Positions 16,330-16,992 of a stretch of 16,992 bases of DNA are shown piece by piece. The position numbers and the translations under genes were made by a program. The notes beneath the pieces are model-generated. The model did not search any database. It was not told the DNA's origin and saw nothing but the letters and a program-made list of their open reading frames with translations. The stretch lies in IMG/VR virus record IMGVR_UViG_3300016472_000494. One strand, written 5' to 3'. Positions within the stretch are counted from its first letter, which is position 1. Every line of letters starts with the position of its first letter. This stretch comes from a virus. Lineage: Duplodnaviria; Heunggongvirae; Uroviricota; Caudoviricetes.

Positions 16330-16992
16330 TGAAAGGCAATAAGGCAGTGCTTATGAAGTTTCTCTCCACTCAGGCGCAAAAGCTTGCTGGTGAGGATAAC
16401 GTCTTTGTAGACAAAAGCTCTATTGAAGGACAGGGTCTTTTTGCAAACAAAGGTTTCAAAAAAGGTGAGATCATAGGTCTTGCTCACCAGCAGGGACAAC
16501 CTGTAGGACTTACAGGAAACTTTCACAACCATTCATCTTCACCCAATGCTGTCAGTGTAAAAAAAGGTAGCAATCGCTTTCTGGTGGCTGCAAAGAACCT
16601 TCCTGCCGGTGCAGAGATCACATCAGACTACCGCATGCAACCAGAGCTGGAGCAACCTTCTGCTAACTGGATGCAACGTGGTGGATTAACATTTCAACCG
16701 TATTACACGCCTGCTGCTGAATCTACAGGTGCAAACTATACACCAACAATGACTATGCAAGCTGCTGAAAAACTCAAAGCACAACGTGATGCACAGGAGT
16801 TAGCTAGAAGAAGACAGGCAATACAGGCTAGTCAAGCAGCAGCTTCAAAACCTCTTAGAAAACGTTTGACACCAGAAAACTTAGCTCAAGAAACTGGTGC
16901 TACCGGTGATAAACTCAGATTCTTTCCAAATGACCCTGATAGTTTTATTGATGACTATTTAAACCCCTTAAAAATGGTGGGAGATATGGCAT
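16329..16992 (+). CDS. SET-domain-containing protein at the cargo/ejection-protein position; 3' truncated, absent from the ORF track
   Basis: Starts at the TAATG overlap and has no stop through 16992 (221 codons). MKGNKAVLMKFLSTQAQKLAGEDNVFVDKSSIEGQGLFANKGFKKGEIIG...GNFHNHSSSPNA...LVAAKNLPAGAEITSDYRMQPELEQPSANWMQRGG... shows SET motifs GxGLFA, NHSxxPN and EITxDY. Confidence 0.85.
   Translation, partial: MKGNKAVLMKFLSTQAQKLAGEDNVFVDKSSIEGQGLFANKGFKKGEIIGLAHQQGQPVGLTGNFHNHSSSPNAVSVKKGSNRFLVAAKNLPAGAEITSDYRMQPELEQPSANWMQRGGLTFQPYYTPAAESTGANYTPTMTMQAAEKLKAQRDAQELARRRQAIQASQAAASKPLRKRLTPENLAQETGATGDKLRFFPNDPDSFIDDYLNPLKMVGDMA

Larger units (their letters stand above)
1..16992 (+). other. Virion structural module of a crAss-like (Crassvirales-related) phage
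   Basis: Co-oriented dense genes with TAATG/ATGA overlaps (1104-1108, 3838-3842, 4059-4063, 11662-11665, 16327-16331). Ring-protein, HU/IHF-like and muzzle-like genes lie in crAss-like order. AT-rich leaders mostly without clear Shine-Dalgarno motifs fit a Bacteroidota host. Confidence 0.88.

Noticed and set aside
423-16532. All minus-strand ORFs in the track (e.g. 423-692, 2420-2806, 4438-4749, 8834-9253, 11327-11662, 16233-16532)
   Set aside because: They lie antisense to convincing + strand genes, show no recognisable motifs, and are the expected shadow ORFs.
1-16992. Alternative genetic code (TAG or TGA reassignment, known in some crAss-like phages)
   Set aside because: Genes are full length under code 11; TAG (5632, 5936) and TGA (11665) occur at plausible gene ends followed by new starts.
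1-16992. tRNA, rRNA, CRISPR array, transposase, integrase or DGR elements
   Set aside because: Intergenic gaps are short (at most about 160 nt), and no cloverleaf, regularly spaced repeats, recombinase or reverse-transcriptase motifs, or TR/VR-like duplications were seen by eye.

Overview
Phage DNA. About 18 tightly packed genes, all on the + strand, form the virion-structure module of a crAss-like (Crassvirales-related) phage, probably infecting Bacteroidota. The order resembles my recollection of PhiCrAss001: conserved post-capsid gene (5' truncated), ring protein, ferritin-like DUF5856-type insert, auxiliary-capsid-like protein, tail-hub-like genes, a Cys-rich fibre cassette, a stand-alone metallophosphoesterase, HU/IHF-like protein, two more ring proteins, a small HEXXH protein and the 1555-aa muzzle. 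The ORF track missed two genes: a 58-aa Cys-motif protein (3664-3840) and a 3'-truncated ORF starting at 16329. Two observations stand out. (1) Three consecutive fibre genes split fibronectin-III domains across gene boundaries: the Cys-bearing first strand ends one protein and the rest of the domain begins the next, suggesting a pilus-like donor-strand-complemented, disulfide-locked phage fibre. (2) The gene coupled to the muzzle, at the usual cargo/ejection-protein position, begins with a minimal SET lysine-methyltransferase domain. All family calls come from motif recognition and gene order, not database searches.
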